Origin: a virus
Virus record (IMG/VR): IMGVR_UViG_3300042519_001698
Reading direction: 5' to 3' (one strand)
Length of the DNA: 64,000 nt
A program made the position numbers and the translations under genes. The stretch's first letter is position 1. Every line of letters begins with the position of its first letter. Below, piece after piece: positions 11,401 to 20,347 of the stretch. The notes beneath the pieces were generated by a model. The model did no database searches, was not told the origin of the DNA, and saw only the letters and a list, made by a program, of their open reading frames with translations.

Positions 11401-12512
11401 TTTAAAGCTCCCGTAACAAACACCGAACCTGTAAAAATATGTTGGTCATCTATTGTGTTACCAAACGCTGACGAACCACTTGCAAAACTTGTTGTCATGT
11501 AAGTGATAGAGTTTGACACAATATATGTTTGTGCGGTTAATGTTCCTGCTACCGATAAATTACCACTAATAACTCCACTACCTGTTACATTTAAATTTGT
11601 TCCATCAAATGTCATTCCTGATTGAACAGTAGCATCAGTACCACTTCCATTATATGTTATTACACCATTGGTTGTTGATCCTGTTAATGTTACTAAACCA
11701 GATGTACCACTTGTTCCGGCTGTTCCTGAAGAACCCGATGTTCCAGCTGTTCCTGATGAACCACTTGTTCCCGCAGTTCCTGAACTTCCTGAACTTCCTG
11801 AAGTACCAGCACTACCACTAGAACCTGATGTGCCAGCCGTTCCACTTGAACCTGATGAACCATCACTACCTGATGTTCCTGAAGTACCTGCAGTTCCTGA
11901 AGAACCACTTGAACCCGAAGTACCCGAAGAACCGTCACTACCAGATGTACCAGCTGTTCCTGAAGAACCACTAGAACCTGATGTACCACTAGAACCTGAT
12001 GTGCCAGCCGTTCCACTTGAACCCGATGAACCATCACTACCTGATGAACCTGATGAACCACTTGTTCCTGCTGTTCCACTTGAACCTGATGAACCACTTG
12101 TTCCAGCTGTTCCTGATGAACCACTAGAACCTGAAGTACCAGCCGTTCCACTAGAACCACTTGTTCCTGATGTACCAGCAGCAGCTAACCACGTACTACC
12201 ATTATAACGATAGATATTTGTATCACCTGTGTTGTAATATATTTGTCCCGCGGTTGTACCGACAGGATTTTCACTTGATTTTGGAATTTGTAAGGCTCCC
12301 GTAATATAAATGGAACCAGTGAATAAATGATAATCGTCAAATGTATCACCAAAATTATGTGAACCTGAAGCATAAGATTCGGTCACATATATTACGGACG
12401 AACTTAAGACGTAATTTTCCGCTGTTAATGTTCCTTGGACAGTTAAGTTGTCCATAATTGTGGCCGACCCAGATACTATCAGACCATTTTTTACTACTAA
12501 TTCGTTAGCCAT
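8457..12512 (-). CDS. Tail fibre-like protein B with Ser/Thr Gly-X-Y tracts
   Basis: 1351 aa; four Gly-X-Y tracts separated by repeated beta-rich modules (SGS..FG.T.DD.H.FTGS x4, HNLG module). Confidence 0.8.
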   Translation of the reverse strand: MANELVVKNGLIVSGSATIMDNLTVQGTLTAENYVLSSSVIYVTESYASGSHNFGDTFDDYHLFTGSIYITGALQIPKSSENPVGTTAGQIYYNTGDTNIYRYNGSTWLAAAGTSGTSGSSGTAGTSGSSGSSGTAGTSGSSGSSGTAGTSGSSGSSGSDGSSGSSGTAGTSGSSGTSGSSGSSGTAGTSGSDGSSGTSGSSGSSGTAGTSGTSGSDGSSGSSGTAGTSGSSGSAGTSGSSGSSGTAGTSGSSGTAGTSGSSGTAGTSGTSGLVTLTGSTTNGVITYNGSGTDATVQSGMTFDGTNLNVTGSGVISGNLSVAGTLTAQTYIVSNSITYMTTSFASGSSAFGNTIDDQHIFTGSVFVTGALKIPTASSDPIGNATGSIYYNTTDTNIYRYDGSTWLPAAGTSGTSGSSGSSGTAGTSGTSGSSGSSGTAGTSGSSGTAGTSGSSGTSGSSGSDGSSGTSGTAGTSGSSGSSGTAGTSGSSGTSGTSGSSGSSGTAGTSGSSGTAGTSGSSGTAGTSGTSGTSVTVSGTNNTIGKFQTGAGDPTLVDSKITDNGSLVEIDSDVNVKGILTARQLNIDYVSSSIMYTSGSNKFGNTSDDTHEFTGSVFISGSVNISSGSLVIDGVSFAAMTSGTSGSSGTAGTSGSSGTAGTSGSSGSSGSSGSSGTAGTSGSSGSSGTAGTSGSSGTSGSSGSDGSSGTSGSSGTAGTSGSSGTSGTSGSSGTAGTSGSSGTSGTSGSSGTAGTSGSSGTAGTSGSSGDSLFAQTGSFWATTNDVQFTGSISMFDVSSSFSIDGNIFGQTYLNGGGTLVLNPGYGGVEIVGVNNTLKVGNTITAGGTISGSFTGDGAGLYNIPASGVTGLELNKIVSGSVSASILSDGTFRVNGDTYINGILTAREIHMDYVTSSVLFTSGSNRFGDTLDDTHQFTGSVNITGSISLNGQAIGTGKLDESWFNSYVSSSTSTIASSSYALTASHALNAVIVSGQTQTLTVTPSSTTWSFNHNLGYKYPAINVFDVNDKVVIPTGIEVIDSNNLKVYFSVAQSGTVIATVGGNGSSGTSGSSGTAGTSGSSGTAGTSGSSGTAGTSGSSGTSGTSGSSGTAGTSGSSGTSGTSGSSGTAGTSGSSGSDGSSGSSGSSGSSGTAGTSGSSGSSGTAGTSGSSGSDGSSGTSGSSGSSGTAGTSGSSGTAGTSGTSVSVSGTINALVRFASATGITDSNLTDDGDVVTINSDTVVNGSLKISGTTQSTFVSDKTTSTNGTSVVSTNATGSNTSAFYNYTISKGANARSGQISSVWNGSTVVFNETSTVDIGSTDGASFAVGLSGGNVVLNFTSNGGWEFKTSTTLL

Positions 12513-12534
12513 TCTTGTATTTTTTGTTTTATAC

Positions 12535-12542
12535 TATAAATA
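12535..12542 (-). promoter_or_regulatory. TATTTATA motif upstream of fibre B
   Basis: Motif ends 22 nt upstream of ATG 12512 on the coding strand. Confidence 0.55.
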
Positions 12543-12584
12543 GTATTTAATCTATCTTTATTTGCTTATTATATGTATATTTTT

Positions 12585-14426
12585 TTATATTATATTTCCT
12601 AATGCTCTATAATGAACTTCCACTTTCCAAGTACCTGATGAAACAACAACATTCAATAACCCATTATTTGTTACATCAAATGAAACTGGTGATGTATTAC
12701 CTAAATCTGTTGTGTTTAATTCATTATATGATGAATTAGAACCATTCCATACCGAAGCGATATTTCCACATTTCATATTCAAACCATTCTTTACTATATA
12801 ATCAAAATTGGCACCATCAAATGAACCTAAATCAATTAATGTTGCACTACCACTAACAACTTGAGATGCAACACCAATATATGATTGTACATTAGAACCT
12901 GTATTTTTTAATACTATATTTTCTTCTAATGTTAATTCACTAGTGATAGTTGTTGTTGTGTTTCCAGTTGTACCCGACGTATTAAAAACTTGGGTACCGA
13001 TTACAATTTGATTGTTTTCATTAAGCTCAATTGCTTTAACTCCTCCAACATAAATTGAACCACTTGAAACATAAATGTCTTTCCATTGAAAATTAAGAGA
13101 ACCTAAATCATATGTATTATTTAATGCTGGTATAATATCTGATCCAACATTGGTATAATTTACCGACCCACTTACAAAGTGACCACCTTTGGCAACGTTT
13201 ACATAACCTTGAACTGGTGATGAAAATGTTACTTCAATTGTGTTTCCATCAATGGTTGTAATTTGTTGTGGAATTACAATATGATTATTACTATCCCAAA
13301 TATTAACTAATGGATAATTTGTACCTAAATTGTGAGATACACTCCATGTGGTTGATGATTCAAAATATTGAACCAACCCACCCGTACCGTCAGTTCCCGA
13401 AGTACCACTAGTTCCTGAAGAACCTGACGTACCTGACGAACCACTAGTACCTGAACTACCACTTGTTCCTGAAGAACCATCTGTTCCCGATAAACCTGAA
13501 GTACCTGATGTTCCACTTGTACCTGAAGAACCATTACCACCGACGGTTGCACTCACTACACCCGTTTGAGACGAAGCGAATGAAACTGTTAAATTATTAT
13601 AATCAATTACATGTATGTTCTGTGGAATAATCACGTATCCGTCACTATTAAAAACAGTAATTGCTGGATATAATGAATTTAAATTGTGATTAAAATTCCA
13701 TGTTGTTGATGGTGACGATACTATTAATTTTTTTGTAGCACCGTCTACCACTATAGGGTCAAACGTTGTCCAATAAACATGATTACCATCAGTAGATAAT
13801 AATTGATTAGATGTTCCTGTTGAACCAGTTGCATCTGTTAAACTACCACTAAGAATTAAATTTCCACTAACAGATAACGAACCCGTAATTGCCGAATTGG
13901 TACTTACATTAAATCCGTTTGTTTCTGATATTGATGCAGTAACTGAACCACTACTAATTCTATTTAATTGTAAACCTGTTACACCACTTGCCGGTACATT
14001 GTATAAACCTTGACCATCTCCACTTATATATCCACCACTTACATTTAATGAACCACTAATTGATATGTCTGTGTTAACTTGAAAACCACCTTGTTCTGAA
14101 ATTGATGCGGTATATGAACCACTACTAATTCTATTTAATTGTAAACCTGTTACACCACTTGCTGGTACGTTATATAAATTAGAACCATCACCTTTAAATG
14201 AACCTGTAAAAATTGAACCTGTGATATCACCTGTAAGAAATATTGAACCTGTATTAACCGTGTTTGTTGAAACTAATTCTTCAATTGAGGGACCTAATGA
14301 ACCTGATTTAGCAAAATAGACTTTACCGTCGGCGGTGTTGATTGACAATTCACCTAATTCGAGTTGAGCGTTAGTTGGCTTTTTACCAATAACACTACTC
14401 CTACGTAGTTTTACTATTTGTGCCAT
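12585..14426 (-). CDS. Tail fibre-like protein C
   Basis: N-terminal MAQIVKLRRS....P....L..GEL.IN..DGKVYF resembles the Mtd_N/hyaluronidase-type fibre N-terminus; short Gly-X-Y tract; C-terminal domain shared with fibre B. Confidence 0.75.
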   Translation of the reverse strand: MAQIVKLRRSSVIGKKPTNAQLELGELSINTADGKVYFAKSGSLGPSIEELVSTNTVNTGSIFLTGDITGSIFTGSFKGDGSNLYNVPASGVTGLQLNRISSGSYTASISEQGGFQVNTDISISGSLNVSGGYISGDGQGLYNVPASGVTGLQLNRISSGSVTASISETNGFNVSTNSAITGSLSVSGNLILSGSLTDATGSTGTSNQLLSTDGNHVYWTTFDPIVVDGATKKLIVSSPSTTWNFNHNLNSLYPAITVFNSDGYVIIPQNIHVIDYNNLTVSFASSQTGVVSATVGGNGSSGTSGTSGTSGLSGTDGSSGTSGSSGTSGSSGTSGSSGTSGTSGTDGTGGLVQYFESSTTWSVSHNLGTNYPLVNIWDSNNHIVIPQQITTIDGNTIEVTFSSPVQGYVNVAKGGHFVSGSVNYTNVGSDIIPALNNTYDLGSLNFQWKDIYVSSGSIYVGGVKAIELNENNQIVIGTQVFNTSGTTGNTTTTITSELTLEENIVLKNTGSNVQSYIGVASQVVSGSATLIDLGSFDGANFDYIVKNGLNMKCGNIASVWNGSNSSYNELNTTDLGNTSPVSFDVTNNGLLNVVVSSGTWKVEVHYRALGNII

Positions 14427-14491
14427 ATGTATGGGGTCCCCTTAAATTCTTTGTGATATGTATCACGGTTAACAACCTATATAGGTCATTC

Positions 14492-14499
14492 TATAAATA
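14492..14499 (-). promoter_or_regulatory. TATTTATA motif upstream of fibre C
   Basis: Lies downstream of two terminators and upstream of ATG 14426. Confidence 0.55.
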
Positions 14500-14535
14500 C
14501 TTATGAATTCGGATTTAGTAAATGAATTTTAGAAA

Positions 14536-14570
14536 AAATAAAAGGAGGTTTATTTGACCTCCTTTTATTT
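14536..14570. terminator. Intrinsic terminator (bidirectional)
   Basis: AAATAAAAGGAGGT ttatttg ACCTCCTTTTATTT, 14-bp inverted repeat. Confidence 0.8.
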
Positions 14571-14610
14571 TATTAACTAAATGATAATGATATTCCCATT
14601 TTATACTATT

Positions 14611-14637
14611 AAAAAAGGGGAGATAAACTCCCCCTTA
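14611..14637 (-). terminator. Intrinsic terminator
   Basis: GGGGAG/CTCCCC stem with an A6 run on + (U run on -), directly after the stop of fibre D. Confidence 0.75.
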
Positions 14638-14644
14638 ATTTGTT

Positions 14645-16747
14645 TTAATATGTTCCCCCGTCTATTAGACTTGAGAATTCTAAATTACCTGTTGATGTGT
14701 TATACCCCAACAATCTATCTGTTTCACTTGTTGTGTCAGTTGAACTAATGAATCCTAAATCATCATTTGAATTTATAAATAAAACATTTGATGTCACTCC
14801 ACTAGTCATTGTTGCACCTGAGTAACTAATATTTAAGTTTCCTTGAATTTTAGTTTCTCCTGAACCAGAATCAACAGAGAATTTACCATTTAATGATAAT
14901 GTGGTTCCACTATAAGTTAATAAACTATCTCCAATTGTGTTACCTGTTGTTGCTATTGGGAATGTTCCTGATGTTAAACTTGCCTCAGAACCAAATGTTC
15001 CACCTGATACTCCAACAATTTTACTTGATGTACCGTTAGCGTTTTGGAATAACCAATAGTCATTTGTTGAATCCCATAACAATGAACCTGAATCACCTAC
15101 CGAACCTGAATCATATGCAGATAAACCAGCATATCTTTGGAATGGTGAATATGCATTTACTTGGATAATATTATCACCAATGTCAACTGTGTGAGATTCT
15201 ATATTCACATTTGTTTGTGAACCTAAAACTTGTAAGTTACCTGATACAAATAAATCACCACCTAACATTGTTGCCGAACCTGATGCTACCGTTAATGAAC
15301 CTGTTAGTGAAGTGTTACCATTAATGTTTACAGAACCAGTTACTGTTAATGAAGAACTAACAAACACACCGTTTACACCAACAATAGATACTGTTTGTGC
15401 AGTATCATCTATTTTTAAATAATTTGTGTCATCACCGAAGAAGTTGAAATCTGCATTACCCACAAAATGGATATCTGTATAACCTGAAGGTGCCGCACTA
15501 TTGTAAATTTCAAAAAGTCTTGGGTCGTCTAAATTGGGTTTTAAATATAATGAACCCGTACCTTGTATGTTAGTTACTTCAATTGCACCCGATACATTTA
15601 AATTACCATTATCAAAAGTTAAACCAGTATAATCTGTTAATAAACCATCTACACCTACAACCACTAATCTCTTTTCTGTTAAATCTTCAACATAAACAGA
15701 ACCAGATAATGTTGTGTTTCCTGTTACTGTTAAATCCGCATTGATAGTTGTTGCACTATATAAAGTGGTTGCCCCTGTTACGTTTAATGGACCATTTAAA
15801 TCGGTTGTACCTGTTACTGTAAGTCCTGCGTTAATTGTAGTTGCACTATATAATGTGGTTGCACCTGTTACGTTTAAATAACCCGGTAAATCTAAATTTG
15901 TTAATTCAATTGAACCTAAATTCAGTTGATCAATGTATGCGGTTCCACTAACATATAAATCTTTCCAAGCTTTTGCTGAAGTACCTAAATCATATGTGTT
16001 ATTGGTAGTAGGTATGATGTGTGAATTAACTTCACCACCAAAGTTGATGGTATCACCTGTTAAACTATTACCGATGTTAATACTACCTGATAATACAATA
16101 TCACCTTGTGTGTAGAAAGAACCTGTTTGATAGATATTACCTGAAACATATAAATCTTTTTGGAAAGTTGTATCTTCTGAAACATTAAGTGCTCCAGTAA
16201 CTGATGTGGCACCACTAATATTAACCGAACCAGTTACATTTAAAGATCCATTTGCATTTGTTGTTCCTGTTACCGTTAAATTGTTATTGATTGTTGTAAG
16301 ACCCTCAACATTAAGAGTTCCACCCATTTGTGTGTTACCCGTCACATTCAAAGCTGATGATGATACGAAAGTATCAAACGTTGCTCTACTTCCTGTGATA
16401 TTGTTGATGGTAATACCAGATATAGTATTACCTTCTAAGTTACCACTAAGGTCCATATTAATGTTACCATTTCTATCTAAAATGTACAACGATTGTGATG
16501 TACTAGAATAAAATGGTGTACCGTCCATTGTTGTACCATAACCCGCACCTAATATAGGTACAAGTGATCCTTGGTATATTTTAGATACTGCTCTATATCC
16601 ACCAGCTGTTGCATCAGACCCAACAAATACAACTGGAGCGTTTAAATCTCCGATTGAACCTGTTGCAATCACGAATTCACCGATATTAGCTGTTACATCT
16701 TTAAGGGCTGAAATCGAACCTCTTCTGTGTTTAATTATTTGTGCCAT
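14645..16747 (-). CDS. Tail fibre-like protein D (beta-helix/triple-beta-spiral-like repeats)
   Basis: MAQIIKHRRGS N-terminus; LNVTGATTLYSATTINA repeats; NNTYDLGT motif; IDGGTY C-terminus. Confidence 0.7.
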   Translation of the reverse strand: MAQIIKHRRGSISALKDVTANIGEFVIATGSIGDLNAPVVFVGSDATAGGYRAVSKIYQGSLVPILGAGYGTTMDGTPFYSSTSQSLYILDRNGNINMDLSGNLEGNTISGITINNITGSRATFDTFVSSSALNVTGNTQMGGTLNVEGLTTINNNLTVTGTTNANGSLNVTGSVNISGATSVTGALNVSEDTTFQKDLYVSGNIYQTGSFYTQGDIVLSGSINIGNSLTGDTINFGGEVNSHIIPTTNNTYDLGTSAKAWKDLYVSGTAYIDQLNLGSIELTNLDLPGYLNVTGATTLYSATTINAGLTVTGTTDLNGPLNVTGATTLYSATTINADLTVTGNTTLSGSVYVEDLTEKRLVVVGVDGLLTDYTGLTFDNGNLNVSGAIEVTNIQGTGSLYLKPNLDDPRLFEIYNSAAPSGYTDIHFVGNADFNFFGDDTNYLKIDDTAQTVSIVGVNGVFVSSSLTVTGSVNINGNTSLTGSLTVASGSATMLGGDLFVSGNLQVLGSQTNVNIESHTVDIGDNIIQVNAYSPFQRYAGLSAYDSGSVGDSGSLLWDSTNDYWLFQNANGTSSKIVGVSGGTFGSEASLTSGTFPIATTGNTIGDSLLTYSGTTLSLNGKFSVDSGSGETKIQGNLNISYSGATMTSGVTSNVLFINSNDDLGFISSTDTTSETDRLLGYNTSTGNLEFSSLIDGGTY

Positions 16748-16777
16748 GTTTTATTTTTGTGTTTCTTTTTTTATTAT

Positions 16778-16785
16778 TATAAATA
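16778..16785 (-). promoter_or_regulatory. TATTTATA motif upstream of fibre D
   Basis: Motif 30 nt upstream of ATG 16747. Confidence 0.55.
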
Positions 16786-16797
16786 CTTTATTTTTGA

Positions 16798-18579
16798 TTA
16801 GAAGAACCCATCACCACAATCAATTACTTGATTTAAATTTCTATCGGCTATCGTTCCTAAATTTTGAATTGTTAAAGAAGCCGATTTAAATTGACTCTGA
16901 AACAAACTCATTGCTCCCGAAATAATTAAAGAATCTAAATTTGGGTCTACTGTTTGAACTAATGTAGTTGTACCTTCTACTCTTAAGTCTCCTTTAATTG
17001 TAACAGAACCTGTTGTATATAATGAACCTGTGAAAATGTGTGTATCTCCTTGTGTGTCACCAAATGCAGTAGAACCACTCGCATATTGAGTGGTCATGTT
17101 TGTTACAGATGATGATATGATTAATTCTCTAGCCGTAATTGTACCCGCAACAGTTAAGTTGTTAGATATAATCGCAGAACCTGTGACATTTAAATCACTA
17201 CCATCAAAAGTCATATTGCTTTCAACCGTAGCGTAAGGTGCAACACTATTTAGTGTTATAACACCGTTATCTGTTGTACCCGATAATGTTAAAGTACCTG
17301 GAATACCAATTGGTGTGATTGTGAAAATATCACCATCATTTGGGTCTGTTCCGTTTGAGGTTAATTGTACAACAGTATATTTTTCATACCCAAAATCATA
17401 TGGGGTTGCTTGTGTAACTTGTAAAAACTTATACGTGGTTGCATCGTTAAGATTAACAACCTTTAATATTGTATTAATTTGTATAGAATCTAAATAAGCC
17501 GATAAAGAGGCTCCATTTAAATCATTTGGTATATTATTAATTGCAATTTCTGTTGGTGAACTTCCCCAAGAAGCGGCATTCATTGAGAAATAGTTACTAC
17601 CAGGATTTACCGATGTATCGGTTGTTGCTTTAAATTTCCATTTTGCTAAATGACCTTCTTGTCCTGAAGTACCACTTGTTCCCGACGTGCCACTTGTACC
17701 GGATGTCCCTGCGGTTCCTGAACTACCTGAAGTTCCACTTGTTCCTGTGGAACCACTAGAACCTGAAGTTCCAGAAGAACCATCACTACCTGAAGTTCCA
17801 GATGTACCACTAGTACCTGTAGTTCCACTAGAACCTGATGTTCCCGAAGAACCATCACTACCTGAAGTTCCTGACGTTCCTGAACTACCTGAAGTTCCAG
17901 CCGTTCCTGACGAACCAGAAGTTCCACTAGTCCCATCAGTTCCACTAGAACCTGACGTACCCGCAGTTCCTGAAGTACCTGCCGTTCCACTAGAACCTGA
18001 CGTACCCGCAGTTCCACTAGAACCTGACGTACCACTTGTTCCTGAAGAACCGTCACCACCAGCGGCACCACCTAAGTTAACATCCCATGATGTATATGTT
18101 CCAGTACCAAAAACATTTATTACAAAAACAGATAACGTACCGTTACCTGAGTTATATGACAAAACACTACCATCTATGTAACGTGTGTCACTATTAGAAA
18201 TTAATATTTTGTGAGCAACAATGTACGATAAACCAGTTTCGATTGAAATGGTTATTGTTTGACCGCTTACAACATTTAAATTTATTGAATTAGATGAGTG
18301 TGATTTAAATCTATCACCACTACTTCCACTTGTACCTGAAGAACCCGATTGACCAGTTTGACCTATTTGACCTGACGTACCTGACGTTCCACTAGAACCT
18401 GTTCCACCACCTCCACCACCACCTGCCGCAATTAAATCTGTAACACTTGTTCCGGAGATATAAAGATTGTCAGCGTATACCGCATGTAATGAACCGCTTA
18501 TTGATCCTAAGTCAATCGTTGACCCTGACGGGACGATTTCGGTTTCAATTTGGGTCCAATTAATTTTTTGTAAAGCCAT
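16798..18579 (-). CDS. Tail fibre-like protein E with Gly-X-Y tract
   Basis: Shares modules with fibres A and B; about 130-aa GTS/GSS tract; IDCGDGFF end. Confidence 0.75.
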   Translation of the reverse strand: MALQKINWTQIETEIVPSGSTIDLGSISGSLHAVYADNLYISGTSVTDLIAAGGGGGGGTGSSGTSGTSGQIGQTGQSGSSGTSGSSGDRFKSHSSNSINLNVVSGQTITISIETGLSYIVAHKILISNSDTRYIDGSVLSYNSGNGTLSVFVINVFGTGTYTSWDVNLGGAAGGDGSSGTSGTSGSSGTAGTSGSSGTAGTSGTAGTSGSSGTDGTSGTSGSSGTAGTSGSSGTSGTSGSDGSSGTSGSSGTTGTSGTSGTSGSDGSSGTSGSSGSTGTSGTSGSSGTAGTSGTSGTSGTSGTSGQEGHLAKWKFKATTDTSVNPGSNYFSMNAASWGSSPTEIAINNIPNDLNGASLSAYLDSIQINTILKVVNLNDATTYKFLQVTQATPYDFGYEKYTVVQLTSNGTDPNDGDIFTITPIGIPGTLTLSGTTDNGVITLNSVAPYATVESNMTFDGSDLNVTGSAIISNNLTVAGTITARELIISSSVTNMTTQYASGSTAFGDTQGDTHIFTGSLYTTGSVTIKGDLRVEGTTTLVQTVDPNLDSLIISGAMSLFQSQFKSASLTIQNLGTIADRNLNQVIDCGDGFF

Positions 18580-18632
18580 GTAAAAGTAAAGTCTTTTACA
18601 TAAATACTTTTATTTCGATATATTACATAAAA

Positions 18633-18658
18633 AAAGGGATTTTTTTTTAAATCCCTTT
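18633..18658 (-). terminator. Intrinsic terminator
   Basis: AAAGGGATTT/AAATCCCTTT inverted repeat with an A run on + just after the glutaredoxin stop. Confidence 0.7.
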
Positions 18659-18661
18659 CAA

Positions 18662-18931
18662 TTATATATACATTTTAATTTTCTCTATCAAATCGTCTCT
18701 ATCTTTATAGTCTCTTTCGGGTACAAATATAGGTCCCTCTTCACCTCCGGCAATACTGATATAGACACTTGGAAGTGAGTTATGTCCTGTTTGTTTGACT
18801 ACAGAATCCCAAATTTCTTTGTTGGATTCAACTTCAATTTCACTATATGGAATGTTCAAATTATTTAATTCTTTTTTTAAATCAACGCAATGACCACATC
18901 CCTTTAAAGTGAAAACAATAATTTCATTCAT
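18662..18931 (-). CDS. Glutaredoxin/NrdH-like redoxin (CGHC)
   Basis: IIVFTLKGCGHC..LK..L....IPY.EIEV and SLP.V.I in an 89-aa protein. Confidence 0.85.
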   Translation of the reverse strand: MNEIIVFTLKGCGHCVDLKKELNNLNIPYSEIEVESNKEIWDSVVKQTGHNSLPSVYISIAGGEEGPIFVPERDYKDRDDLIEKIKMYI

Positions 18932-18932
18932 A

Positions 18933-19238
18933 TTATAATTTATTTAAAACTTCTTTATAATAAGTGTCGGATTGAACTCCTTGACTTCTATCGACTAATT
19001 TATTACTGTCAAAAATCATTACAGTTGGAACTGAACGAATTCCCATATCTAAAGAAGCATCCATGTTTTCATCGACATTTACTTTAATAAATTTTACATT
19101 TGGATAGTCTTTCTCCATTTGTTCTAATCTTGGGATTAAAGTTTTACAAGGTCCACACCACTCAGCCCAAAAATCAACCACTAATTTATTTCCCTCCGAT
19201 TGTAATTCTTTAAACCTCTCAGTTGTTACGTTTTCCAT
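18933..19238 (-). CDS. trxA: Thioredoxin
   Basis: VVDFWAEWCGPCK, KVNVDE, GIRSVPT. Confidence 0.95.
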   Translation of the reverse strand: MENVTTERFKELQSEGNKLVVDFWAEWCGPCKTLIPRLEQMEKDYPNVKFIKVNVDENMDASLDMGIRSVPTVMIFDSNKLVDRSQGVQSDTYYKEVLNKL

Positions 19239-19241
19239 ATT

Positions 19242-20312
19242 TTAAAATCCTATTTTACTTCCTTTATTAGTTGATTTGATTAAATCAACGTCTATATTAT
19301 ATATATCTGCTAAAGACATAGATTCATTAACAATTTGTTCTTTTCCTAAATGTTTTAATAAAACATTAGTTTCGTCAATTGATAATTTTTCAAATTTATG
19401 TTCAGCGATTAATCTACCCTTACGTAAAAGAGCTTTGTCAATATTTTCTCTTTTCATGTTAAATGTTGCGACTACTTGAATCGATAAACAATCACCTAAA
19501 ATTCCGTCGGTTAAATTCAAAATGTTTGATACACCAGCCGGTGAACCCTTACCTTCTCTATCCGAAATAACTCTCTCAGCATCCTCAATAATAAGGATTG
19601 AATTCTTGTGGTCCATTAGGAACGGTATAATAGATGGTTCTGATAACATTTCCGCCATTGATGGTGGAATGAAAAGAATATCTTTTTCTTTTATCAAAGA
19701 AGTTAAATGTTTGATATAAGATGTTTTACCTGTGCCAGGGTCTCCATGTAAAAGAATAATTCCTTTACCGTTATTTTCATTTAATTTATTTACAATTATA
19801 TCGTGTACTCTAAGAAAGTCAGAACCGTAATTTAATTCTAAATCCATTGGTGGTGCAAACAAATCATACTCTTCAGTATCCAAATGTCCCATATCAGATT
19901 TTACTAAATTGATATTTGATTTCTTTTTCTTTCTTTCAAATGGTTTTAATTTTTCTAAATCAATTTGTTCATGAATACTACCAAGTTTAATGTTGTACGT
20001 ATAATCAATTTGAACTAAGTTGTCTTTAGACTTATCAACATTACCGAAAATTCTAATTAATATTTTTTTATCAATATTTTCATATAAAGATTGTGACGAT
20101 AAATCTAATCTTCTATTTGAAGAAAAAATATTCACCACTTCAACAAACCCCATTTCTTTAAAAAAATCAATTATTGAAATGTCATAGAAAATAACATTAA
20201 CGTACTTAGAGGGTAAGGTATCAAATTTAATCACGTAGTACTGTTCAGTTGGAATTTCAGTTCCGTAAACCGTATCATAAATTGGATAATATTCGGGTAT
20301 GTTTTTCATCAT
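19242..20312 (-). CDS. AAA+ family ATPase
   Basis: Walker A GDPGTGKT, Walker B IIEDAE, LNLTDG, DKALLRKGRL, KIGF end; start refined to ATG 20312. Confidence 0.9.
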   Translation of the reverse strand: MMKNIPEYYPIYDTVYGTEIPTEQYYVIKFDTLPSKYVNVIFYDISIIDFFKEMGFVEVVNIFSSNRRLDLSSQSLYENIDKKILIRIFGNVDKSKDNLVQIDYTYNIKLGSIHEQIDLEKLKPFERKKKKSNINLVKSDMGHLDTEEYDLFAPPMDLELNYGSDFLRVHDIIVNKLNENNGKGIILLHGDPGTGKTSYIKHLTSLIKEKDILFIPPSMAEMLSEPSIIPFLMDHKNSILIIEDAERVISDREGKGSPAGVSNILNLTDGILGDCLSIQVVATFNMKRENIDKALLRKGRLIAEHKFEKLSIDETNVLLKHLGKEQIVNESMSLADIYNIDVDLIKSTNKGSKIGF

Positions 20313-20347
20313 AAACAAAAATAAGATAATTTTTTTACTTAATAAAC

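Noticed and set aside
4857-18181. Many alternative-frame and antisense ORFs (VPLEPEEP..., VVQVHQEQ..., NHLFLMY...) over the fibre genes
   Set aside because: Shadows of the 9-nt Gly-X-Y periodicity, which lacks stops in other frames; they start and end with the tracts
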